In this document: in pieces, positions 52,740-64,000 of the stretch
Position numbering within the stretch: position 1 is the first letter of the stretch
Layout of the letters: each line of letters opens with the position of its first letter
Assembly: GCA_028534125.1 (NCBI GenBank)
Contig: CM052816.1
Coordinates: forward strand, 36,396,001-36,460,000
From: Lama glama
Taxonomy: Eukaryota
Reading direction: 5' to 3'
Length of the DNA: 64,000 bases
The notes under the pieces: generated by a model
Told to the model about the DNA's origin: nothing
The model's input: only the letters and a program-made list of their open reading frames with translations
Database searches by the model: none
Translations under genes and position numbers: made by a program

Positions 52740-53060
52740 GGGGTACTATAAATTTTATAAATGTTTCATGTACTCCAAAATAAAGTCTAATTACAGATTA
52801 TGATATATAAAGTTTGATGTATACCTATTAACTTCAAAAGATAGTCCATATTCTTTTTTACGATTGCCTTCTTGATCAGTCAATAATTAAGAAAGGTGTG
52901 TCAAGATTTCTTATTACTGTGTTCTTATCCACTTGTTCTATTTTTAAGCACTATTAAGCACTTCCAATGCAAAAAAGTACATAATTTATACTCACATTTT
53001 AGATTAGGTACTTTTATCAATAAAGTCACTCTTTATTCAATGCAATGTTATACGATTAAT
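52740..53060 (-). mobile_element. Old L1M ORF2 fragment, minus strand
   Basis: 'cttgatcagtcaataattaagaaaggtgtgtcaagatttcttattact' matches reverse L1M endonuclease sequence. Confidence 0.55.
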
Positions 53061-53431
53061 TAAATTTGGGAATAATTTTAATTTAATACAACATATTTTA
53101 AATATTAGCCAAATACAATAAAACTGGGATCAAATTAAAAGATGCTGGAAATAAGTTCGCAACTCCTCTTTTTGACAGAGTGTGTAAAATGGAGGAAATA
53201 AGTAAATTCTGATTGATACCATATTTAAAACACCTCATTCATCAATTTAGCAAAATCAATGAAACTGGGGATGTGTATCAGGAGAAATGTGGGAAATCTT
53301 CACACAGCTTTAGATGTAGTCTCAGGAAGGGCACCGGGAAAATTCAGGATCAATGGTGGCAAGAGGGCAGTTGGGTGTTCACAACAAACAGAATCTGAGC
53401 ATCTCAAAATTTCTCATTAACTTCTCTTATC

Positions 53432-53487
53432 AAAATTGTCACTATATGTGGATGACGTGATACCATAGATAAAAAACCCTAAAGACT

Positions 53488-53541
<54 letters not shown>

Positions 53542-54990
53542 TTAGAGCTGACAAATTCAGCAAGGTAGCAAGATACACAATAGGCATATAAAAATCTGTT
53601 GCATTTATTTACACAAACAATGAAGTATCAGAAAAGGAAAGTAAAAAAAAAAATCCCTTTAAAAATTGCATCAAAAATAAAATACTTAGGAATAAACCTG
53701 ACCAAGGAGGTGAAAGACTTATACATGAAGAACTATAAAACATTGATTAAGGAAATTAAAGATGAATGAAATAAATGAAAAGATATCCTATGCTCTTGGA
53801 ATGGAAGAATGAATATTGTTAAAATGGCCATATTACCCAGAGCAATCTACAGATTTAATATGATCCCTATCAAATTACTCAGGACGTTTTTCACAGAACT
53901 AGAACAAATAATCTGAAAATTTAATATGAAATCACAAAAGATCCAGAACTGCCAAAGTAATACTGAAGAAAAAGAATGAAGTTGGAGGAATAACCCCCCT
54001 AGACTTCTAACAATACTGCAGAGCTACAGTAATCACAACAGGATGATACTGGCACAAAAACACACATATGAATCAATGGAACAGAACAGAGGCCCCAGAA
54101 ATAAGACCACACAGTTATGGTCAATTAATCTTCAACAAAGGAAGCAAGAATATATATACAATGTAGTAAAGACAGTTTCTTCAGAAAATGGTGTTGGGAA
54201 AATTGGACAGCCACATGTAAAGCAATGAAGTTAGAAAAGTCCCTCATACTATACACAAAAATAAACTCAAAATGGTATAAAGACTTAAATATAAGACAAG
54301 ACACTAGAAGCCTCCTAGAAGAAAACATAGACAAAACATTTTGTGACATAAATCTTAGCAATGTTCTTCTAAGGCAGTCTACCCATTAATAGAAACAAAA
54401 GCAAAAATAAACAAATGGGACCTAACTAAACTTAGAAGCTTTTGCATAGCACAAGAAACCACAAACAAAAGAAAATGACAACCTCCGGAGTGGGAGAAAA
54501 TATTTGCAAATGATATAACTGTCAAAGGCTTAATTTCCAGAATATATAAACAGCTCACACAACTTAATAAGAAATAAACCAACAACCCTATCCAAAAAAT
54601 GGGTAGAAGACCTAAACAAGCAATTATCCAATGAAGACATACAAATGGCCAACAAGCACATGAAAAAATGCTCAATATTACTAATTATCAGAGAATGTAA
54701 ATCAAAACTACAATGAAGTATCACCTCACAGCAGTTAGAATAGCCATTATTAAAAAGTCCATAAATGATAAATGCTGGAGAGGATGTGGAGAAAAGGGAA
54801 CCCTCCTACACTTCTGGTGGGAATGTAGTTTGGTGCAGCCACTGTGGAAAACAGTATGGAGATTCCTCAAAAGACTAGGAATAGACTTACTGTATGACCC
54901 AGGAATCCCACTCCTGGGCATATAGCCAGAGGGAACTCTAATTCAAAAAGATACATGTACCTCAGTGTTCATTGCAGCACTATATAGCCA
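53432..54990 (+). mobile_element. L1 ORF2 internal fragment (RT motif to near the C-terminus), truncated at both ends
   Basis: Starts at KLSLYVDD; contains [30 protein letters not shown]; stops at 'gcagcactatatagcca' with no 3'UTR, A-tail or TSD. Confidence 0.96.
53489..53538. repeat. Perfect (CA)25 microsatellite inside L1 ORF2
   Basis: 50 nt of uninterrupted CA between 'aaagactc' and 'ctattagag'. Confidence 0.97.
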
Positions 54991-57174
54991 GGTTTAAATA
55001 GTCTTTTAAACATGTTTCAACATAGCATTTCATATATGTAGGGCAACTAAAAAATCTAGATTTATCTGTACATTTAAAAAAATGAAGCATTTTTCTTTGT
55101 TAACATGTGCAACTTCCTTAAGTATAGATATCCCCAGAAATAGACATGCTCAAATATAACTGAATCCTCACTGACTTATTGCTCAAGTTTAATGGAAATA
55201 GAAAAAAATCACAGACCCAACAAAGTGAAGAAAATGTAGAGCCAACACACATGAAGAATCAACATCCTTGTAAAATCCACAGTATTTAAGGAAGAAACCA
55301 CAGTTTTTCCATAATTTTGGTGTTTGGTTTGACTACAAAGCCATAAAACATTTTGTTTTGTTTTTTAATAAATTATCCATCCAGAAGAGTCTGTTAACTT
55401 GCCAGGCAAGAAGTTGAAGTCTGACTCAATTTTAGCCTTCATGTCTTGATTTGGTGAAGACCAGAAATGAAGAGTCAGAACAAAATTAATGGATTGAGGT
55501 CATGAAAAATTAGTAAAAGGCTTTAATTTGATGATGGAAAAAAAAGAAACTTGGTTAGTTTGCTTATGAATCATGCTGTTCTTATCCAAATGTGAAAAGC
55601 TCATAGTAGCAATTGTAAGATCATTAGTGGTTCTCTTGGCCTTTTGTTTGTTTTTCATCTCTTGGATTCTTGTTGCTCATTAAGATCCAGTTTGTATTCA
55701 CTGCCTGTATTTTAGTTTATTGATAATAATTGTTCACAAAGAGACATGTGCTCAAAGTATCCATAACTCATGTCTTTTGCTAAACAGCCAAGACAAAATG
55801 TTTCAATGTTATTATTTCATTTTATGCTAAACAACAGAGAGATATCTCCTTTTATCTAATGACCTTACTGTAGCTTATTTTTATACTTCTAGTTCCTTTT
55901 TATAATATAATATAGGGGTGCTTATAAAATAAATAATTTTAATGTTTTGATCATATCTATTTGGTAGCAACTTAAAATAGTAAATTGAATATGTATACAA
56001 GTATATTCAGATATACTTGTATATACATAATTGAAACTATTTTCATGGCAATAGTATCAATGGGGAATTTATACTTTTCCAAGCTATGTGAAGGATATTA
56101 GCAAATTACCTTAGTTAATTACTTATATGAAATTAACAGATATGGATTTTTATGCTCATATTTAACTAATAACTATGTTATACTAATAACTACTAGTTTA
56201 CTATATTTGTGTTAACCCTCAACAAAAATTTATAGATGTGACCAGTAGGTTAAACAAACTCAATTTCTGACATTAAATATGTAATCAGGAGAAAAACTTC
56301 TCCTGTCTCTCTATAAAAGCTTTACAGTCTTCCCACGGATTTTCTGCGTTTGCTTAGCTAATTTTCAGTACTTGAGTTTGAATGTACTTACTCAATTCAC
56401 CAAATAGCACTGGCAGACCCATAATAACAATCAGAATTTTAAGCTTGATTTTGTATAAAATCCGAATATTTCTTTCCCACTCCTATTTCAGCCTGGGGGC
56501 CTCTAGTGAGAAAAAAAGAAACCACAATTTGCCTCTGTTCTCTACATTTTGTCAGCTCATTTCCTCCCACATTCCTTGCTAATGTCTTTCCCCCAGGTTC
56601 CCGGAGAGAAGAGCAAATAGGTAAAGGGATGTGACCAAGCCAGCAGCAGATGTTTTAAGGGTTGCTTGTACTTTCAGGTACTCTCCTTCAGGTGCAGAAT
56701 CTCCAGAGGTTCCTGCTGTGCCCCTTACTGCTCCACTTCTTTTTACTCAGGTTGAACTATTTCTCTATAGCAGTTTCTTATCACTTTCTTTGGCATCTGG
56801 ATATCAACTCTACAGTTTTATCTTCTTTCTGATTAGATTTTAATTTCTTTTGGGAGGTCTATTTTGCACGACCCATGATGACCCCATAACAGCTCCCTGC
56901 AGAATGGTACACATCTGGTCCAAGAGAAACATGCTCTTGTCCTTTCTACTGGCTAATTTTGGCATTGCAAGAAGGCCTCAGTGAGGCAGCACTCTCCTGG
57001 TTCTGCCAGCAAATCCTTACCTTCCTGTCATATTATCTTACTACAAATGAGAGCACAGGTCACATTTGACTCTAGGTTTTATAGGTAGGAACCAAACCCA
57101 GTTCTCTAGGTCTGTCAGTTATGGAAGACATACTACCTACACCTCTGAGTGGTCCCTTTGAACATCTGACTAGG

Positions 57175-57617
57175 TCTGTAATTAGAAGTTGGCCTCCTGC
57201 ATTTGCCTAAGTCTTGTGAGACGATGCCAAGAATAGTATTTTGCTATGTGAAAGCCTGTATAATGAAAATGGGTAGGGATCCAGAAAATTTGGCAGAAAC
57301 TTCAGCCTAATGCCAGTCTGACCTTGAGTGAGGGGAAGTGGGAGAGAAGGCTGCGTTGAATGGTTATAGACTGCCGTGTAGTCAGATGAAGGTTTGGCAA
57401 AGTCATGTTGGAGTCATCAAGCCACTGTTGTCTGTGAGAAGAGCCCTGTGACTCCTAAGAGTGGGTTTTACCAGTATCCTTGAACTACTGAGTCATTGGC
57501 TGGGAGCAGTCCATGAGAGGTGTGGCCCTCATACAACCACAGCACAGCAGCTGGGACGCTTGGCGAATTACACTTTCTCTGACTGGAGGTGTGGGAGGCA
57601 TATTTTCATGGCTACTT
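57175..57617 (-). mobile_element. ERVL solo LTR, LTR16-like
   Basis: 'gtctgaccttgagtgagggg', 'gtcattggctgggagcagtcc' and terminal 'gggaggcatattttcatggctac' resemble reverse LTR16A/B. Confidence 0.7.
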
Positions 57618-60600
57618 GGGATACCTCCCTTTTCCCCCAAAGTGTGAGAGTATGAACTGACAGCATGGAAAGAACTCTCTCTAAAAATATTTCCTTACTA
57701 ACATTTCCCACAAAGGTCTGTATATCTCACTGTTCATATTTTCAAAGTGCATAAAAGGATTCAAAAGTTGCAGAGTAAGTATTTCCCATTCTCTTGGAAA
57801 ACCTCTATATGGTTATTTGGTCTTTCCATTCTGTAACAATTTTCACTGGAGGTCCTCATTTGACACTTTAATTTTGACAGTATGTAGCATATATATTCCT
57901 GAATCTAGTAAAATTTGTGAAACTAAAGTTGGCTGGTTATTTTCTTCAAAATTGGATCTGATAATGAATTATTTGAATTATTATTAAAATACTTTTCTTT
58001 ATATGAAAATACACATATAAAGGGTGCTTAGAGAAGAAACAATGGTATGTGGCATACTTGTCAATTAAATATGTTATCATAACTCATGAAGGCATTACAC
58101 AAAAGTTTCTGTTTGTCTTATATAGTAGAATATTTATATCAATTTATATGAAGTACTGGAAAAGTAGGTTTTGCACATTTACCCATTCTTTCTCTCTCAG
58201 ATGTGAATAATTTGTAAGAAGCCATTTTTTCATTGCCTTTCCTGCTCTTGCCTATGAAACATACTGAATTTATACACAGTTTTACAAATGCAAATATATT
58301 CTAATTGGAAACTAGTAAATGAGACATCAGATGAAAATAACTTATTTTAAGTGTTAAGAAGCTAATGTGTAACACATGAGCTCTTTGTAATCTAAACTAA
58401 AATAAATTATTGGGTGACAGACTATTTTGCAAAAAAAATGTCAATTTTGTTAATTTTCAAAAGCTACCCCAGGTTAGAGTAAATTGACAGAAAGAAAATA
58501 AAACCAAAGAATGTATTATTTTTGAATTCTGTCATCTTAATATCTAGGGAGACTTAATATCTCATTACAAAGTTATTGATTTTGGTGCACAGAACACAGA
58601 AATTATATATTACTTATCCAAGGTAATGGCATGTTTTAAACTGAATCTGTAGTTAGCCTAAACAGGTTGTTTTGAGTGCTTAGAACATGAAACAACTTCC
58701 TAAATTACTGAATGATTTCTAATAATCCTGAAGCAGAAAACATGACTAATTCCAGCATTAAGCTTTGCATATAGGTTGAAGTCAAATTTAATACAGTTTT
58801 GCTAGCTTATTTCTAAATTATATTCCCGAAATAGTTTTTGGTCCAAAAATCAGCATAACTTGGTATATGATCGAATAATTGATAGTTTAGGAACTCACCT
58901 GGCTGTAGTTTTCTTTTATATATTGAGACAATTCTTTATTCATGCTTGTAAAAATAAATATGTAAGTCACATCTATAATACTGAAATCTGATAGTTTAAA
59001 GCTCAAATTCTAGGTGGTTCTGAAAATTAAATAAGTTCATTCTTATTAATTTAAATATCAACAGCATATAAATCTAGTTGTAAAACAAACAGACAAGCAA
59101 ATCAAGTTACATTTTCCTTTTGGTTAGGGAGATAATCTCAGAAATGGAAAATGAGGACAAAAATGTGTTTTCTTTTTTGAACAGGATGAAATATCTTGCT
59201 ATAGAACAAGTTTATCTAGAGAACAATTAGAAAAACTTGATTAAACTTTAAAAATCATTTATTTAAAGGTATGAGAAAGTCTCTGAAGTAGCAGGAACTG
59301 AAAGGCCAATATTCTGGAAAGCGGAGAATAGAGGGGAAATGAGGTGACTTTCTACATTTCGCTGGAGTCATTTGTGATTCTAATCATTTTAATGCATTAA
59401 AGAATCTAGTCTTTGCCTAGAAAAAGGGCAACTTCTGGAAAACAGTGATACTGACAGAACTTTTAACAAAATCTAAAACTTGAGAAAAAGTTGGAACATG
59501 AAGGGCCACAATCCCAGTGAGAAAGGATGAGAGAATTTAGCCTGACACACAGCAGGTTTTCCCCTCCAGCTATTTACCCAATTCTTAAGCTGCTCAAGGT
59601 GAGGGGCTGAAAAGCTAAGCGGAAAGATTTTGAAAAGGTGAGTGGAGTTTTCTGCTCTCATTGCGCTATCTTTCAAAGTAGAGTTTGGACATACTAGAGA
59701 GAGTCTGTGATGAATACACCAAGCTTTTAGCTGTCAGCTGGAGGCCCTTCACTTTAGAAATAACTATGAACTAGAGGTGCTGGAGCTGTATGACAATTAT
59801 TACCTGGCCTCGACTCAGCTCAGTCCCTGATTGGTTTATAATCATCAGACACTACTTTGTCTAGCAAAGGCAGAATGAACCATTCCTAGAGAACTATAAC
59901 ACTAGAAAATTTTTAAACGGAAAGCCTAGCATTCCGTTATAAAATGATTAGAGATGGCAACATCCCCTTTCAAAAAAAATTAAAAAGAGACACAGTTGAT
60001 CAAAACATTGGAATTAATAAAAAATACATTAAAATAACTATGATTAATAAATCAAAGAAAATACACAAAGAAATGGAAGAATACATGAAAAGATGGAAAT
60101 TGCACTCAAAGAAATGGCACCTATGAAAGACACTTAAATAAAAATTTTAGAATTGAAAATTGAAGTATCCAAAATACAAATGCTCAATAGATGGGTTTAA
60201 AGATAATTAGACACAAGCAGAAAAGAGTACTAGTGACCTGGAACACACATCTCCAGAAAATATCCAGACTGAGCATGAGGGAAAAACAAAAAATACAAAA
60301 AAAAAGCATATAACACACAACAAAAAGGTGTAATACACATGTAGAACTGAAATCTGAGGAATAGAGAGACAGTTTGAGACAAAAATAGTAATTGCAAAAA
60401 TGAATAGCTTAAAATCTCCAAAACTGATGACAGATACAGACTAGAGAATCTCTTTGATCCCCAAGTAGGATAAATACGAAGTATACCACACCTAGCTACA
60501 TTATAATAAAATAAAATTTTAAAAAAACCTCAAAATGGATTAAAGACCTAAATATAAGAGAAATACAATATAAGATGATAGAGTGATTATAATCCAAAAG

Positions 60601-60760
60601 ATTGAATAATGGATGAACCATGCAAATATAAATTAAAAGAGGTAAATTATATTGCTATATTAATATCAAAGACAGTATTAAGGCAATAGCATTGCTGGAG
60701 GTAAAGAGGGAAATTTCATAATGATGGAGAGGTAGATCAATTGGAAAATAAGACCATTCT

Positions 60761-60935
60761 GACTGTATAATACAGGGAACTATATTCAATTTCTTGTAAT
60801 AACATATAATGGAAAAGAATTTTAAAAAATATATATATGTATGTGTATGTATAACTGGATTGCTTTGCTGTACATCTGAAACTAACACTGTAAATCAACT
60901 ATACTTCAATAAATTTTTTTAAAAAAAGAAAAGAA
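60761..60935 (+). mobile_element. Short young L1 3' tail nested in the old L1 endonuclease region
   Basis: 3'UTR end 'ctgtataatacagggaactatattcaa...aaatcaactatacttcaataaa' plus A-rich tail; TSD aagaccattct (60750-60760) / aagatcactct (60936-60946), 9 of 11 identical. Confidence 0.9.
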
Positions 60936-61091
60936 AAGATCACTCTAAATTTTTATGCAATCAATACATAGGTTCAAAATATATGTGAAATTACCATTTA
61001 CGTTAACTCCAAAAGTTAATAATAGCTGCAGTCAAAAGTTATCAGTAAGAATATAGAAAATAAGAACAGCACAATTAACAAACCTGACCTG

Positions 61092-61171
61092 ATTAACAGA
61101 CCTAATTGTCATTTAGTGTGCCTTATGTATAATTAACACAATTAACAGACCTAATTGTCATATAGTGTGCC
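61092..61171. repeat. Local direct duplication of 31 bp
   Basis: attaacagacctaattgtcatWtagtgtgcc at 61092-61122 and 61141-61171, 30 of 31 identical. Confidence 0.93.
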
Positions 61172-61669
61172 CTACATTTAACAATGACAAAACTGAACTA
61201 TTTTCAGGTGTACATGGTACATTTACCAAAATGATAGGAGATGATCTTGTAAAATAAAATTTTACCATTTTACCCAGGAATTGTTTTATGCTCAGTCCAC
61301 CAGGTATTCTAGCAGAATTTCCAATAACTTAGGAGTATATCTTGCACAAAGAAAATAAGCAAAATTTCATGGCATTTTTCTATATTATGAGTTAACATTG
61401 CTCATGCAATTAAAGAAGACTGCAACCTTATGATGAGTATCTCATGAGCTGCTTTTTGCCAGAGAAGATCAATATTATTTCTTTTATTTAAAAAAAATGT
61501 TATTTGCACAGAGGGAAGAAGAAAAAATGTTTTCTTTTTAACTAAAAATGTTTACTTCCAAGTTTTTATATTGCTGCTTTCTTCTCTTAGTTGTGCACGT
61601 GCAATTTATATTGCCTCAAATAGAAGCTCTCCTTGATGTTAACACTAGGAGTAATTTGCCTATCAGGCA

Positions 61670-61920
61670 CATTAGCCATTAGCCCAAATTGCCATTAATG
61701 ATTTGAAGGTCATGGGGTCTACTATTCATTGGCCAATGAGTATTGTATCACGCTATGCCTATAATAAACCACTAGGCTTGGCTGGGCATTTTATAAGATG
61801 TGTGTGGCTAAAATGGGAAGCAAAATATAAAATGTAGATGGATCAACACAAACAATTAGAAGAAACTGCTTAAGCAGTGCCTTATGAATCAATACCATCA
61901 TCTTTGTTTAATAAGCACAG
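61670..61920 (+). mobile_element. Possible MamSINE1-like (tRNA-RTE) ancient SINE relic
   Basis: tRNA-like head 'attaatgatttgaaggtcatggggtcta' and tail 'tgtagatggatcaacacaaac...gaaactgcttaagca...ccatcatcttt' resemble my recollection of the MamSINE1 consensus. Confidence 0.45.
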
Positions 61921-63349
61921 CCCCTTGATTTATCAGAGAAGACTCAGATTCAGCCCTCATTAATGGAAGACTGTGTTGCAGGCTTTGTTTACTTAGAAAA
62001 CCAAATTGGAGCAAATGCTGCTAGGTTGCACGTGCATGTGGTCTCGATAATTTGCAGTGAGCAAAATATGTGTGCAGCCTTGACAAAACTAGAAATTATT
62101 TCATATGAAGTAGATTATATAAAAATGAAACTAGCTCAATTTTAAGGAAAAATTCTTTATTACTTGTTCTTAAAATAATTATCTACAAATGATGATATTA
62201 ATATAAGGCTGGTGTAAAATAGAGCTAAAAATCTCCTGTGTCTTTACCCTTTCCTGTATCTTCACTGTGCTTTCCAGGGGCAAAGTGACATCCACAAAAA
62301 TAGGTGCAGGACATTGAAATGTAAGATTATACAAAGTTTAAAGAAACTGCTAAAAATGGCAAAATCAGACACTTTAGTCTGAAGGATGATATATTTGATA
62401 TGTAAGGCAAATAATTAGGCATAATACGTAGTTCGTACATTGTTCAGAGAATTAGTTTCACAGATTTGTCTCTGGAAACGCATATTAAACTAAGAACCCA
62501 TTTTGAATTCTCTGATTTCTAGTCCATATGTATTTTTGGCTAATGCATAGAGATGTGGGTAAGACTTGACATTTCAGTTTTTAATTAATTACTCCACTAA
62601 GTATCTTGCCTGAATGTACTATAGAAAGCGAAAGTAAGAACTTTGACTAAAATGTCATTATTTTTCACAGACTATACCAAAGGCCAGCTTAATGGGTTAC
62701 AGTTTCACAAATACTTAGACTAAATTATAAAATGTCAAAATAAATGAACAGACATGCCCTTTGATGTGTTTTCTTTATTTAAAACATTACTAATTTGCAT
62801 ATAGACCAATTTGCCAAATTGGTAACATTTAGTTGTTCTTTCTAGCATTCATGTGAATCATCTTGTTTTCTCTATTTAGATGCTGTTTCCAATTTATAAA
62901 GTTGCTATTACTAAGGTAAGATCTGGCAGTTTTTCTTCTGCAGAAGGGAAATGTATATTTATCTGATAATTTCTCACTGTACAATAAAGACTATCCATAT
63001 AACATGATTTAAGCAGTACTATTAAAAACTTATCTAACCAAAATCTGTTCCCTCATTGACCTGAAATTTCCTCCATTAGTTACTAATGGCTCAAATGCCT
63101 AAGTGTATATGTGGAATCTCATTTCCTGAATTATACATTCAAAATAAGGGTATGTAACCTTGCATACTTCCTCCATTATCTCCTACTATTTAGTCTTCAC
63201 ACAGTTAAAATCTTCATTATTTGTGGCTCTTTGATGACCAACTTTTCCTGGACTTCAGCTCATTATTTCTAATTCACCCTTTAATACATTAATACCTGAT
63301 TTATGAACCCATAAGTATATATACAGTCAATGATTTTCTAAAGTCATCA

Positions 63350-63760
63350 ATGTCCTCTATCAAACTTCTAACAAACAGGAACTCTCAGTGGCATACAACA
63401 ACACACATTGTTTCACACATATTTGCAATTCTTCTGTGACATCTCTGCTCCTCTTGGCTGGACTGAGGGGATAGCCTTAAGTTCAGGTTGAGTTATACAT
63501 GCTCCATGAGTTTCTTATTTAACTTGGGCTAGTAAGCTGGCCAGGGTACAGTCTTTTTGGCAAACGTACAGGGTAAGTGGAAACGTGAGAGGACTCGAAA
63601 GGCTTAGTCTTGGAACTGATCACTCTCATACCTGCGCATATTTAATTGGCCAAAGTCAGTCCCACAACTGAGCCCTATGGCAAGAGGTTGGGAACTACAC
63701 TCTGTCATTTGTGTCACAAACTGCAAAGTTACAAAACAAAGGTCATCTATTCCAGGAATG
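63350..63760 (-). mobile_element. MaLR LTR, MLT1H-like
   Basis: 'ctctcagtggcatacaacaac', 'ggcttagtcttggaactg', 'attggccaaagtcagtcccacaactgagccc', 'ctgcaaagttaca'. Confidence 0.75.
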
Positions 63761-64000
63761 GTGAATAGAATGGGGGTCATATGCCCCCAAAAGCCAAAAG
63801 GATGATTTCTTCTAAGATATCTTCCTTCTGTGCTCTTTTTAGAACTGATAGGTTTCTTAATCTCAGTTCTGCCTGCCTTCCCTCTGCTCAACATTTTTTT
63901 GTGTCTTGCTTCTCAAAAGTTGGCACTTCGTAAGTTTCCTTATAAAAACTATTCTTTTCTCATTCTATTTTTTCTCCCTGAGTTATTTCACATAGCTATA

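Larger units (their letters stand above)
59200..61235 (+). mobile_element. Old L1M 5' half relic (5'UTR, ORF1, endonuclease region)
   Basis: ORF1-like 'taaaataactatgattaat', 'ctcaatagatgggtttaa', 'ccacacctagctacattataataaaa'; EN-like 'gagggaaatttcataatgat', 'tattttcaggtgtacatggtacatttaccaaaat'. 5' boundary approximate. Confidence 0.75.

Noticed and set aside
1..64000. A novel multi-gene biological system
   Set aside because: No non-transposon coding sequence, structured RNA gene or ordered array can be supported; the content is explained by known mammalian repeat classes plus unique non-coding DNA.

Overview
AT-rich, CpG-poor mammalian non-coding DNA (intergenic or deep intron) with one 100-N assembly gap at 8583-8682. 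The young L1 3'UTRs resemble the camelid type as I recall it, and I see no Alu, B1, Bov-tA/BovB, PRE1 or CAN-SINE copies, so a camel or alpaca source is likely (inference). I found no intact host gene, RNA gene or CRISPR array. Every long ORF is a LINE fragment, an antisense shadow of L1, or a chance ORF. The window is a layered record of retroelements: one near-full-length but disabled L1 (21304-27019) inserted into a MIR, about eight other lineage-level L1 pieces all on the + strand, older L1M relics, L2, MIR, MaLR/ERVL solo LTRs and an ancient CR1/L3 RT relic. I cannot support a new biological system here. The most interesting signals concern L1 mechanism and evolution: (1) a FADD-to-YADD switch in the RT active site of the younger copies; (2) a very short, possibly spliced 5'UTR in the full-length copy; (3) a TSD-bounded L1 carrying a ~32-nt 3' transduction and a stuttered, out-of-order templated insertion; (4) an L1 whose ORF1 is fused to the ORF2 C-terminus at a microhomology. 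Subfamily names come from memory of consensus sequences and need RepeatMasker/Dfam confirmation.
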